A stretch of 49,402 bases of DNA, from IMG/VR virus record IMGVR_UViG_3300008097_000009, positions 1-49,402 of that record; one strand, written 5' to 3'. This document shows, piece after piece, positions 26,880 through 35,851 of this stretch. The position numbers and the translations under genes were made by a program. Below the pieces are notes generated by a model. The model made no database searches. It had not been told where the DNA came from and saw nothing but the letters and a program-made list of their open reading frames with translations. Numbering within the stretch: the stretch's first letter is position 1; every line of letters starts with the position of its first letter. Origin of the DNA: a virus. Taxonomy: Duplodnaviria > Caudoviricetes.

Positions 26880-27135
26880 AGTCATTTGGGTAACAAGGCT
26901 GACTTAACCCCGATCACTTAAACAGTCGCTAGTGTGCGAGCTGCCGCATATGGAATGCGAGTGAATGCTACGATGTTATTCGCAGCAGGTGTATCTGTTT
27001 TTGCAGATGTGGTTTGCTTATCCAAGCAGGTTTCAGTCCCGATCCTTATACCCTGTCGAAGCCATGGCATCCCCTAGCTATGGAGATGAGGGGAATCGAA
27101 CCCCTGTCCAGAATGTAGGTGTCGTCACCTATCCT
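26880..27135 (-). ncRNA. ssrA: two-piece (circularly permuted) tmRNA
   Basis: The acceptor piece ends ...GGACAGGGGTTCGATTCCCCTCATCTCCA (27081), then a 6-nt spacer, then the coding piece starts GGGGATGCCATGGCTTCGAC (27074). The acceptor stem GGGGATG/CATCTCC has G3:U70 and A73. Tag frame 26983-26918 reads ANNIVAFTRIPYAAARTLATV*. Outer ends approximate. Confidence 0.9.
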
Positions 27136-27145
27136 CAGAAGAGGA

Positions 27146-27217
27146 TGCCATCAGAGGGATTTGAACCCCCGACCTTGGCTTTACAAAAGCCCTGCACTAC
27201 CACTGTGCTATGATGGC
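27146..27217 (-). tRNA. trnT: tRNA-Thr (anticodon UGU), CCA not encoded
   Basis: GCCATCA acceptor stem, GCAC-AGTGGTA-GTGC D arm, loop TT-TGT-AA and GGGGG-TTCAAAT-CCCTC T arm. Confidence 0.93.
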
Positions 27218-27219
27218 AA

Positions 27220-27309
27220 TCAATGATGAGGGTCGTATCTATTAATGACTGAGTATACTATCACTAAAACTATTAATCCGATACAGATTACAGGTAATAC
27301 AAGATGCAT
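27220..27309 (-). CDS. small single-TM protein (29 aa)
   Basis: Manual ORF MHLVLPVICIGLIVLVIVYSVINRYDPHH*, filling the gap between cpeT and the tRNA. Confidence 0.5.
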   Translation of the reverse strand: MHLVLPVICIGLIVLVIVYSVINRYDPHH

Positions 27310-27322
27310 TTAATTTTTTCGT

Positions 27323-27856
27323 CTATGGTTGTAGTATATCATGCCTTCGATAAAATTTCAAGTGCCCCCACTTAGCACCCCAGACCTGTTGATCTGTCTC
27401 TAAGTCGAAACCCTTATCGAGAACCCAATAAGAATCATCAGTCAATTCTATTTCATTAAGAAGATATGTCTCTTTACCCTTGTACATGACTGTACAGTCT
27501 GAGCTTGCTGTCTTACCGTGATAGACAACACCAGACCTTACGAATTTAATATCACACCCCAATCTCCTCTGCAGAGGAGCTTCTTTTAGTTTATTTAGAT
27601 TTGAACACAGAACATATTGTCTAGGATCATCTATGGAATAATTCTGAACAATATAACCGTCATCAACTTCAATAACCTTTAAGATAAACTGTCTGTATGG
27701 ATCTTTAGGACAATAATCATAACACTGCTCACCATAAAATATCCCATCGCTTAACTTAACGTGGGATATATTAATATGAGCATAACGACTGGGATCCTTC
27801 ATTGCTTGATGCTGGTTACCAAAGTGACCAACTAAGCAATCTTCAAAGCTTTTCAT
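27323..27856 (-). CDS. cpeT: CpcT/CpeT-family phycobiliprotein lyase
   Basis: 'G.F.N..QA..DP..YAHI', 'YGEQ.Y......PYRQ', 'GCDI.F' and 'W.LDKGFD..T..QVWG...G...F'. Alternative start at 27871. Confidence 0.9.
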   Translation of the reverse strand: MKSFEDCLVGHFGNQHQAMKDPSRYAHINISHVKLSDGIFYGEQCYDYCPKDPYRQFILKVIEVDDGYIVQNYSIDDPRQYVLCSNLNKLKEAPLQRRLGCDIKFVRSGVVYHGKTASSDCTVMYKGKETYLLNEIELTDDSYWVLDKGFDLETDQQVWGAKWGHLKFYRRHDILQP

Positions 27857-28124
27857 CAGGCATAGTTTCAACTGTTATAACAGGTACATCAAATAATAAA
27901 GGATGTATCTCTTCTTGTAGTAAATATTCTGAATTCTTTAAGATCTGTTCTTGAGTAAACTCTGGGTTCAAAGCACACTCAAATAATATCCACCTATCTT
28001 CTCGCTGGTCTCTGGTTAGTGGATCGTATGTAAAGGGAGTATTCTCTATGAAATACATCTTCACTGGTGTTCCATCTAACCAGCAGTGTTTTATATTAAC
28101 CCTGTAACCAGCGAACGCCATCAC
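27843..28124 (-). CDS. hypothetical cyanophage protein
   Basis: Operon packing; 'VKMYFI...PFT.D' and 'SEYL..EE.HPLLF'. Confidence 0.7.
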   Translation of the reverse strand: MMAFAGYRVNIKHCWLDGTPVKMYFIENTPFTYDPLTRDQREDRWILFECALNPEFTQEQILKNSEYLLQEEIHPLLFDVPVITVETMPDEKL

Positions 28125-28151
28125 TTAAATTCATCTACTCTATGTAGACAA

Positions 28152-29189
28152 TCAATCCACTAATTTTTCAGGAATACCACTACCTACCTCTTTACCATAG
28201 AGTTGTGGTAGAAATCCTTCCCACTCATATGGTGCTTTACCATTTAGTTGAGACTTTAAGTAAGCATACTTACAGATTAGTCTATCAAGTTCATCAAACT
28301 GATCTTTTGCCTTTTGACGTTGTTTTATGACTGCTTCTTCAGTTTCACAACCTTTAGTGTATCCTATGAGTTGTGTTGTCTCAAGATTATTTTCATCTTG
28401 AACAAACTTTTTCATGTGAGTCATGAAAGCATCTTTGATATAGTCATCCTCTTTAGTACATATAACTAGTGGATTTTCGATGCTCTCATTGTTATACTCC
28501 AGTTCTAATCCTAAAAAATTTAAAGCTTCCTTCTTAGCTTTTGAACCTGCAGGTATGTGTCTAACATTAGTTACCTCAGATTCAACTAAGATAGTTGCAG
28601 CAATCTTATCAACATCTCTTTCTTTGAACTGGTGATCAGAACGGTTAACCCAGTCTTTAATAGGTTCGATAGTGTCTATGACGTTACCCTTTTTTGCTTC
28701 TCTCTTTGTCCAATTAACACCTGTGTTGATAAAGTCTTGTCGAGATGCTTCATCTGCATGTGGGTGATCATTTGCACTTAACTGAACATGATCCTTAACA
28801 TCTTGGAAGTCATAACCATCCTTAAGAGTGTATAACCATACAGGTGCTGTTGTCTCTCCAAGCTTTTGAAGTTGAATCCACCTGTTGAAACCATCCCAAA
28901 GATAATATTCTCCTTGATAGAAGATAACTATCAAAGGTCTCTGTGTTACGTCCCAACCCTTTGCAAGATCTTTTGCTTTAAGTGTAGTACCACCTGCACG
29001 AGCTTCGTTTGATTCTTCATCAGTATTTACCCTAGTCATATCAAAGATATAAAACTTACCTTTATCTAATCCCCAAAAGGGTGGAGGATTCTTGGTGATT
29101 GCTGCAAACACTTCGTTCTCTACGACTGTTTCCCAGTTTCCACCAAGGAAAGGAGCAAAGGTTCTCACGCTGCTTTTTGTTACCGTCAT
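28152..29189 (-). CDS. hypothetical protein with a ParB/Srx-like N-terminal domain
   Basis: 'PLIV......YYLWDGFNRW..L.KLG' resembles the ParB-N DGxHR motif. Confidence 0.6.
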   Translation of the reverse strand: MTVTKSSVRTFAPFLGGNWETVVENEVFAAITKNPPPFWGLDKGKFYIFDMTRVNTDEESNEARAGGTTLKAKDLAKGWDVTQRPLIVIFYQGEYYLWDGFNRWIQLQKLGETTAPVWLYTLKDGYDFQDVKDHVQLSANDHPHADEASRQDFINTGVNWTKREAKKGNVIDTIEPIKDWVNRSDHQFKERDVDKIAATILVESEVTNVRHIPAGSKAKKEALNFLGLELEYNNESIENPLVICTKEDDYIKDAFMTHMKKFVQDENNLETTQLIGYTKGCETEEAVIKQRQKAKDQFDELDRLICKYAYLKSQLNGKAPYEWEGFLPQLYGKEVGSGIPEKLVD

Positions 29190-29272
29190 AATTTTAAATA
29201 AGTAATCTAATAGTATTTAACAATTTTAAGTATGTAATTCGACTTATGTTAAGAAACCGAAATATTGCCAAT

Positions 29273-29298
29273 AAAAAAGAGACCCCGAAGGGTCTCTT
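29273..29298 (-). terminator. intrinsic terminator with UUCG loop
   Basis: Minus strand AAGAGACCC-TTCG-GGGTCTCTT-TTTT. Confidence 0.9.
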
Positions 29299-29321
29299 GA
29301 TCCATCTCGAACCGAGACTAT

Positions 29322-29717
29322 TTAGAATGTGAACTTAGCACCGATTTTAGCAGCGTAGTCACGAACTGTGTCGCCGTCTGCATCTTCGCCGTTAGTAGCA
29401 CCAGAAAGCTCTGCATAGATTCCTAGATCTTCAGAAACTCCGTAAGAAGCACCAACCTTACCAGAGATTTCTGTCTCTGTATCGTCAGTAGCATCTGAAT
29501 GGTTCAAAGTAGGACCACCCTGTACGTAGTAAGCAATCTTACCTTCTGCACCTGCAACGCCCTCATATCCAAGATGGATATCAGTACCAGTAGCAGAATA
29601 GTCGCCATCAGGATAAGAAAGGTTGCTTTCAACATTCACGTAAGGACCAGCAAAAGCTGCACCAGCGAGAAGGAAAGGAGATGCTGCAACAGCAGCAATT
29701 GTTGATTTGATAGACAT
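29322..29717 (-). CDS. small outer-membrane beta-barrel-like protein with signal peptide
   Basis: Signal peptide ending AFA|GPY, alternating beta-strand pattern, C-terminal aromatic beta-signal 'KIGAKFTF'. Confidence 0.75.
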   Translation of the reverse strand: MSIKSTIAAVAASPFLLAGAAFAGPYVNVESNLSYPDGDYSATGTDIHLGYEGVAGAEGKIAYYVQGGPTLNHSDATDDTETEISGKVGASYGVSEDLGIYAELSGATNGEDADGDTVRDYAAKIGAKFTF

Positions 29718-29729
29718 GTTTGTTTTTTT

Positions 29730-29830
29730 AAGTGTCTCGCAAGGATACTAAAAGACCCTGCGGATGATAAGACCCCCGACATGGGGTCTGTCTTACATCG
29801 AACAGGGTTACGATTCTTTCGAGTCCTGAG
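29730..29830 (-). ncRNA. structured 5' leader RNA, resembling the cyanophage wcaG-type motif
   Basis: Nested helices CTCG/CGAG, ACCCTG/CAGGGT and AGACCCC/GGGGTCT between the promoter and the start codon. Family name is from recall only. Confidence 0.6.
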
Positions 29831-29841
29831 TTATGTAAAGT

Positions 29842-29910
29842 TATTTATACATAATACAATCTTATTGGTGTGCGGTCAACCCCCCTTGTGCCAGTTTGTT
29901 AAGTGATCAC
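29842..29910 (-). promoter_or_regulatory. early-type promoter plus T4 late promoter
   Basis: -35 TTGACC (29879-29874), 17 nt, -10 TATTAT (29856-29851); upstream AACAAACTGGCACA box; TATAAATA at 29849-29842. Confidence 0.8.
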
Positions 29911-30095
29911 TGATAACAATCACATATGTTGGGATGCTCACCTGTTCCACAATACTGTTGCCAGAAACCTGCTGTACTTTCGCACGTCTGTCCATCTGGT
30001 GCTCCTGGTGGTGACCAATTGAAACTACCCATACCACCTGAAGGATCACATCCCACTAATAGTAAAGTAATTGGTAGAAGTAAAAGTTTTTTCAT
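29907..30095 (-). CDS. small Cys-rich lipoprotein
   Basis: MKK, hydrophobic core and lipobox LVG-C; GAGGAGG upstream; four further Cys. Confidence 0.7.
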   Translation of the reverse strand: MKKLLLLPITLLLVGCDPSGGMGSFNWSPPGAPDGQTCESTAGFWQQYCGTGEHPNICDCYQ

Positions 30096-30199
30096 TCCTC
30101 CTCGTTAAGTTGTTCCACCCAATCGTCATCGGGTATGAATAGTATTGGACCTTCAGCAATACGTTCCTGAAGTTCTTCTAGGAGATCGTCATCTTCCAT
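30092..30199 (-). CDS. small acidic protein (35 aa)
   Basis: Manual ORF MEDDDLLEELQERIAEGPILFIPDDDWVEQLNEEE*, with an ATGA overlap onto the lipoprotein. Confidence 0.55.
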   Translation of the reverse strand: MEDDDLLEELQERIAEGPILFIPDDDWVEQLNEEE

Positions 30200-30200
30200 G

Positions 30201-31361
30201 TTAATTAATATTGATCACATTAGATGAGAATAGAGTCATCGCAGCTGAAGATGTTAAGTTCAAACTACTCTGACTACTCAGTTGAGTAGCACCTTTACCC
30301 ATCATATTAAATGTACCTTTTGAATCTATTAAGGTATTTAATGTAACAAGCTGACTCCAATCCTTAGTAACTGTGGTCATTAAATCACCACTATAAGTCT
30401 CAGTAGCGGTAGTACCATTCTGAGTAAAGGTATGATTACCAGTAATAGTCTGAGTGTTATTACCACCTATGGTCTCTGTGAAGTTTTTACCCACAGTCAA
30501 GTCCATCTTACCCTCAGTAAACTCCATCTTAGCATCACCTGTCTTTGCTGTCAACTTGAATGAGTGTGGTGCAGGAGTATTAGGCCACTTACCAACACCA
30601 CCAACATCTACATGCAACCTACCACCAACATCAAGTTTCATCGAATCTGTTGATCGTATGTCTATTACTCCCCTAGAGTTGAAGTGCATCGTACCTTTCA
30701 GATGATTCTGATGAAGCTCATAGTTACTCTCTAACTCATGCTTCCAAGGACCACTTGATTTGATATCTGCATTAGTATTCTCCATAGCAAATGAACCACA
30801 GATCATCTCAAGATTACCTGCACCTTTACCAGCTTCAATACTAACCTTCTCACCTGCTAAATGCAATTCCTGATCAGCACTTACCTTAACATTCTTACCA
30901 TGTATGTTGACAGTATTACCTGTTGATTCTATATTAAGCTCTCCACCTATCTTAAGTGATAATGGTTTCTCTTCATCTAATAGATTCTCTATTTCTATCA
31001 GAAGTCTACCACCTACCTTAAGCACCATATTTCCTTGTGATCTTAATATAATCTGACCACCTTGCTCATCCTCACCTACCTTAGCAGATCCTATAAAAAC
31101 ATTACCAGTCTCATCCATGTATATGGACTGACCATTATCAGTTGCTACAAGATAAGTTGCTCTATTCTCATCATTAAGATGCCTCAGCTCCTTAGTACCA
31201 AGGAGTCTGGTCTTAGCCATTAATGCTGGATTAGTAGCAGAAGATGGTGCAGTATCTGGTGGTACTGTATACTTACCACCAGTACCATCAGGTAACTCCT
31301 GATTTTGTACGTCCTTATCGTATTGTTCTACTGCCTGTTGTGTTTCACTCATGTCGGACAA
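30201..31361 (-). CDS. gp5 C-terminal-like beta-helix spike protein
   Basis: 8-residue VxGxxxxx repeats (TVGKNFTE-TIGGNNTQ-TITGNHTF), ends 'ININ', follows the gp5 N-part. Confidence 0.7.
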   Translation of the reverse strand: MSDMSETQQAVEQYDKDVQNQELPDGTGGKYTVPPDTAPSSATNPALMAKTRLLGTKELRHLNDENRATYLVATDNGQSIYMDETGNVFIGSAKVGEDEQGGQIILRSQGNMVLKVGGRLLIEIENLLDEEKPLSLKIGGELNIESTGNTVNIHGKNVKVSADQELHLAGEKVSIEAGKGAGNLEMICGSFAMENTNADIKSSGPWKHELESNYELHQNHLKGTMHFNSRGVIDIRSTDSMKLDVGGRLHVDVGGVGKWPNTPAPHSFKLTAKTGDAKMEFTEGKMDLTVGKNFTETIGGNNTQTITGNHTFTQNGTTATETYSGDLMTTVTKDWSQLVTLNTLIDSKGTFNMMGKGATQLSSQSSLNLTSSAAMTLFSSNVININ

Positions 31362-34201
31362 TCCACATATCTACCAGTACCAATCTTCGCATATCCTAAC
31401 ATAGATCTTGTATCACTGTCAAGACAACTCATACTTGCTAAAGCTTTAGCACCATATCCATTTCCACCTATAATCTCAATCTTAGGTGGTGTATCATATA
31501 CTGCTGTTCTATCTATCACCTCAAAACCAATAACAAATCCTTTATCATTAATTTTAGCAACAGCAACTGTTGAATCTCCATCAACATAAACAGTAGGAAC
31601 ACTAGTATAACCTGTACCAGGTCTTATAAGAGTTATAGAATCCACAACACAAGAAACTGTATCTGGTTTATAAGGAACATAATTAGTTCCTCTCTGTGTT
31701 ATTCTAATCTCAGTAACACGACCTTCACTATCCAATAAAGGAATACCAATAGCACCATACCCTTGTCCAGTAATTGCTATAGCAGGTGGAAGTATGTATG
31801 GATCTCCTGGATCATCTATAGGTATCTCAATGATCTTACCACCATCATCCACAATAGGTTCTGAAAGTGTAGGTGGTTTGAATCCAGGATCCTCTTCAGG
31901 ATCTTTCTCAGGTGGTGTAAACTCTGCTTCTTGTGCTAATATATGAACATGAGATACAGCACCAGTACCATTAATACTCATAGTGAGTAACTCTCTACCT
32001 TCAATAGTACTGTCTTGTGCAATACCAACAATAATAATAGCTTTGTTATCATAAACCTCAAATGTACTAAAGAAATTACCACCAACAATATCTTCTTTGG
32101 TTATATTAGGACCAAATAATGTCCATCCCAATATAGTTCCATTAGGAATACCAGCAGATGATACAGTATACGTTATAAATTCTCCTTCCTTATACTCAAG
32201 CTTATCAGAAGTGATAGCGATACTTACTTCATCATCAATCAGTACATCAGGTGGCTCTGTATATGGTATTGTAGGATTATCTGGATCTGTTTCACCACCA
32301 ATGATAGGTGGAATCACTTCAGGTCTAGTTCCTGGTCCAATAACACCAGGTACATATGGATCAGGATCATCTGGTGGTGGTACTGGTGCTAAACCTATAG
32401 TAACTGTAGCTTTCTGATTTATAAATTCTGCTTCACCCACACCAGTAGAATAATCTATCGATATAGTAAAATCTTCTGGTGTATCGTTTTCATTATCCAT
32501 ATATGTCAATACACGAATAACTCTTTCCAATTGATTAGGTCCAAATCCAAGAACACCCTCTACTCTTTGATAATCATCACCTTCAGTAGCAGTACCATCT
32601 GCTGACTTATAAGCAATAGAACTAGAAGCAACTGTATAACCAGTTCTTTTTACAGTAACCTCTGCTGTCTGCCCTTCAATAACATTAACATCAAATATCT
32701 CATACTCAACCTTTCTTTCATTTGTTCTAGGATCACTATCACCAGGTGGTAATGTACCTGCACCTATATTAGGATTAGTAGGAGTACCATAAATCAATTC
32801 ATTCTTACCACCACCAGGAGTAATCTTAGGAGTACCACCGTATATGATACCACCAGTTATATCAGGTGGAGCAAAAGTTCTAGCATCATCACAAACACTC
32901 TGACCATAATCAAGTGGTCCGTTCTCTAGTTTTTCAATAAGTTCATCTAAGTTATCCTTCTTGTCTTTCTTCTTAGGTCTAGTGGAATATGTATTCTCAT
33001 CACCACACTTAGAATCAAGACCACCACATGAGATACCAAGTATAGACATGATCTTAAACAAAGCCCTCCCAACTACATTCAGAGCACTCCCTGCTATTTT
33101 AAGAATCGACTGCAGAGGTCCAAGTACAGCGTTAAGTAATCTATTAACAAAAGACATAATCTTGTTAAGGATCGCATTAACAAAAATATCAATCTGACAT
33201 GTTGCTGCTCTGAATACTTTCATCAAGTAGTTAAAGATCAACTTAGTAACAAAGTCAATCAACCTTTCAAATATATCCTCAATAGAGCATCCAATCTTAG
33301 CAAGCATACCTTGCAACCACATCTGCACAGATTCCATGATACCTTGGAAGGGTGCTGTTATCATCTTAACAAGAGCTTCAACACCCTTCTTAAGTGCAGC
33401 AATTATCTCACCACGAATCCTTGCTAGAGAAGCTTTAATAACTCTAAGAATTTTGTTAATATATCCTTGTGCTTTGTTTTTATAACCAACAAGCTCTCCG
33501 TTGACCTTATTAATTAAATAATCGCCTATATTACCACCACTGTCCTGAACCATTCTAAACAGTTCACCCATGATATACTTAATCTCTGATTTAGTCTCTC
33601 CACCACACTCTGCCTGTGCTATAGCAACGGTAACATTAGAACCATATGGATTTACAGGTGAGTTCTCCTTCTGATGCATAAGATCAGAAGCAGCATATGT
33701 TCCTGGATCTCCACCAGCAACTTGACCAGAAGCTATATTCTTATTATTCTCAGCATAATTAACTGCTAGATGTGTATAAGGATTAGTATCTGGATGCCTC
33801 TTAGATGTGAATGCTAAACATGTTCCTTCTTCAGGCTTAAACTCTTCTGGTGGTGTAGATGCAGCATTAGGTGTCTGACCTAATGAAGCTAATATTATAG
33901 GTTTTTGTTTATCAATATCAGTCCAGACACCAAATACCCAATCAGCAGGTTCTAAGTTAACAGTAGCACCCTTTCTACCACCAACACCGTATGGTGTAGT
34001 AAGAGGTAGGGTAGCATGTGCCCAAGGTAAATCTTCAGTTTTTACATTATCACATGAATGAGTATGAACGCCAAGAATCCTCACCTTAAAACGATTAGAC
34101 GCTTTAATGGTATCAATCTGCTCTACTTGGCCTATCCACCAACTAGCACCATCCTCTCCAATTCTATGGAGAGGCATTCGAGATTGAAAAGCAGGATCCA
34201 T
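31349..34201 (-). CDS. gp5: baseplate hub protein gp5 (OB-fold) with Calx-beta-like insertion
   Basis: 'WWIGQVE...RFKVRILGVH......DLPWA...LP....G' OB fold; Calx-beta-like 'V.EG....VTVKRTG....GTATEGDDY....G.L.F...E.F.I'. Confidence 0.85.
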   Translation of the reverse strand: MDPAFQSRMPLHRIGEDGASWWIGQVEQIDTIKASNRFKVRILGVHTHSCDNVKTEDLPWAHATLPLTTPYGVGGRKGATVNLEPADWVFGVWTDIDKQKPIILASLGQTPNAASTPPEEFKPEEGTCLAFTSKRHPDTNPYTHLAVNYAENNKNIASGQVAGGDPGTYAASDLMHQKENSPVNPYGSNVTVAIAQAECGGETKSEIKYIMGELFRMVQDSGGNIGDYLINKVNGELVGYKNKAQGYINKILRVIKASLARIRGEIIAALKKGVEALVKMITAPFQGIMESVQMWLQGMLAKIGCSIEDIFERLIDFVTKLIFNYLMKVFRAATCQIDIFVNAILNKIMSFVNRLLNAVLGPLQSILKIAGSALNVVGRALFKIMSILGISCGGLDSKCGDENTYSTRPKKKDKKDNLDELIEKLENGPLDYGQSVCDDARTFAPPDITGGIIYGGTPKITPGGGKNELIYGTPTNPNIGAGTLPPGDSDPRTNERKVEYEIFDVNVIEGQTAEVTVKRTGYTVASSSIAYKSADGTATEGDDYQRVEGVLGFGPNQLERVIRVLTYMDNENDTPEDFTISIDYSTGVGEAEFINQKATVTIGLAPVPPPDDPDPYVPGVIGPGTRPEVIPPIIGGETDPDNPTIPYTEPPDVLIDDEVSIAITSDKLEYKEGEFITYTVSSAGIPNGTILGWTLFGPNITKEDIVGGNFFSTFEVYDNKAIIIVGIAQDSTIEGRELLTMSINGTGAVSHVHILAQEAEFTPPEKDPEEDPGFKPPTLSEPIVDDGGKIIEIPIDDPGDPYILPPAIAITGQGYGAIGIPLLDSEGRVTEIRITQRGTNYVPYKPDTVSCVVDSITLIRPGTGYTSVPTVYVDGDSTVAVAKINDKGFVIGFEVIDRTAVYDTPPKIEIIGGNGYGAKALASMSCLDSDTRSMLGYAKIGTGRYVDCPT

Positions 34202-34211
34202 ACGTTATACC

Positions 34212-34439
34212 TCAATCATCATATACTAAGCACTCAGGCTCATCTGGATGTTGATCACACCATAGTTCTATAGTGTTGGGATCGTGATGATCTCCTGCTG
34301 CTATCTCTGCTGCATGGTGAGAAACATAATCTTCTAGATCATGCAATTCACCTTCAACATGCCTACGCATTTGAGGATTTGTCTGAGGATCTTGTAAGAT
34401 CTCTTGATCTTTTTTAATATGGTCTTCTATAGATTTCAT
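34212..34439 (-). CDS. cp12: CP12 Calvin-cycle inhibitor
   Basis: C-terminal 'ELWCDQHPDEPECLVYDD'. Confidence 0.93.
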   Translation of the reverse strand: MKSIEDHIKKDQEILQDPQTNPQMRRHVEGELHDLEDYVSHHAAEIAAGDHHDPNTIELWCDQHPDEPECLVYDD

Positions 34440-34450
34440 AATTGTCTATC

Positions 34451-35851
34451 CTAAGATATTAGAACTTCGTTTTTTTCTAATTGTTGAGCTCCAAAGGAGT
34501 CTCTTTTCAATTTTAACACAGTAGTTACCTCCTGTGTCCTTTGATCAAAGAATCGGGATAAACTATAAATGAGATAGAATCCACTGTTAGATTCATCTAT
34601 CGGTTCATCTAGTTTTTGATCCTCTGATACTGACGAAGGTAGAATCACGTTGATAATTTCCCCCACACACAAATCGATATTTCCTGGGACATCAATTCGT
34701 AATCCTTGTGTATTTAGCATAAAATTACGAGAAATGTTCTGTACTATATTGTGCTTACTATAATCCCAAAAATTATTATCATTCTTATAATCAGGATCAT
34801 CTGGGTCTGCTGTATCTGTACCCGTGTAATATTTCTCATGGTCAACTATAGTTGATAAAATCCTAGTTGGTTGACCAGAAAGCTTCTCTTGCATAGGATT
34901 CAACTTAGTCTGACTACCTAGATGAGATTGATTATCCCACTCCTTACTTAAGCTATAAGTATATACCTCAAACTTACCAGAAGATATATCATAGGTTTGT
35001 AACTGTGATGAATATGTTCCTAAACGTAGTGCATGGATTAAATTTATCTCACTCTCAAAATTAACATTTATGATAGAATCCTCATTAACACCATCATTTA
35101 CACTATCAGTAAATGATCTTACCTTTCCACCACCACCAAACTTTCCTTTAGTATCACAGAGAGAATCAATTGATTTGAAATGATATCCCTTTCGATTCTC
35201 AAAGAACACATATCCAGCACTACCTCCTACTTCTTTACCATCAGATTTTTCAGTTATACCTCCAGGTGTCAAGACACCCATATTATTTGCTTTATCCACA
35301 TTAGAATTAGTAGCAGAAATAGAACCATTACAAAGAGAATTAATTATCGAGAATGGTGACTTACCATTAGGATGTATTTTTGTATTATTCCCACAAGGAG
35401 TTGTAAAGACATCCTTCTCTGATTCAATAACACTATCATCACCTGTTAAAATCTTTTCTACTATTTCATCAGCACGACCTTTCATTGTCTTAGAAACCTT
35501 TCTAGCTTCATTAGTAAGAGCTTCTGCTGATATCAATCCAATATTATATGTCTGTATTTTATTAGATACAGATCTATCACCAACCATATAGACCATCAGA
35601 ATATAATGATACTCTGTCTCATCTGGTCCAGCAACACTCATATGAACTTCTTCACCACCAACTATCTTATTGATTACACTTTCACCAGAGTCTAATATTC
35701 TAATATTAGCACTTACGTAAGGATCAGCAATAGATTCAAAATATGTTATAGCTTGAGCACCAGGGATCAAGTTCCAAACCTTTTTAGAATTATCGATTAG
35801 ATCTAATTTCGTAAGTTTATACGAAAATGCTGAGTTATTATTCTCCATCAT
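34451..35851 (-). CDS. baseplate hub subunit (gp27-like)
   Basis: 'Y.ESI..P..SA.I.I.D', 'GYVFFEN..GYHFKSIDSL', 'I.VPGN.DL.VG..I', 'SGFYLI..L.R.F'; position next to gp5. Confidence 0.6.
   Translation of the reverse strand: MMENNNSAFSYKLTKLDLIDNSKKVWNLIPGAQAITYFESIADPYVSANIRILDSGESVINKIVGGEEVHMSVAGPDETEYHYILMVYMVGDRSVSNKIQTYNIGLISAEALTNEARKVSKTMKGRADEIVEKILTGDDSVIESEKDVFTTPCGNNTKIHPNGKSPFSIINSLCNGSISATNSNVDKANNMGVLTPGGITEKSDGKEVGGSAGYVFFENRKGYHFKSIDSLCDTKGKFGGGGKVRSFTDSVNDGVNEDSIINVNFESEINLIHALRLGTYSSQLQTYDISSGKFEVYTYSLSKEWDNQSHLGSQTKLNPMQEKLSGQPTRILSTIVDHEKYYTGTDTADPDDPDYKNDNNFWDYSKHNIVQNISRNFMLNTQGLRIDVPGNIDLCVGEIINVILPSSVSEDQKLDEPIDESNSGFYLIYSLSRFFDQRTQEVTTVLKLKRDSFGAQQLEKNEVLIS

Noticed and set aside
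27081-27135. Apparent second tRNA (GGTTCGATTCCC T-arm)
   Set aside because: No D or anticodon arm upstream; its 3' strand pairs with the downstream GGGGATG, so it is the tmRNA acceptor piece.
26965-27213. Plus-strand 82-aa ORF
   Set aside because: Antisense to the tmRNA and tRNA-Thr.
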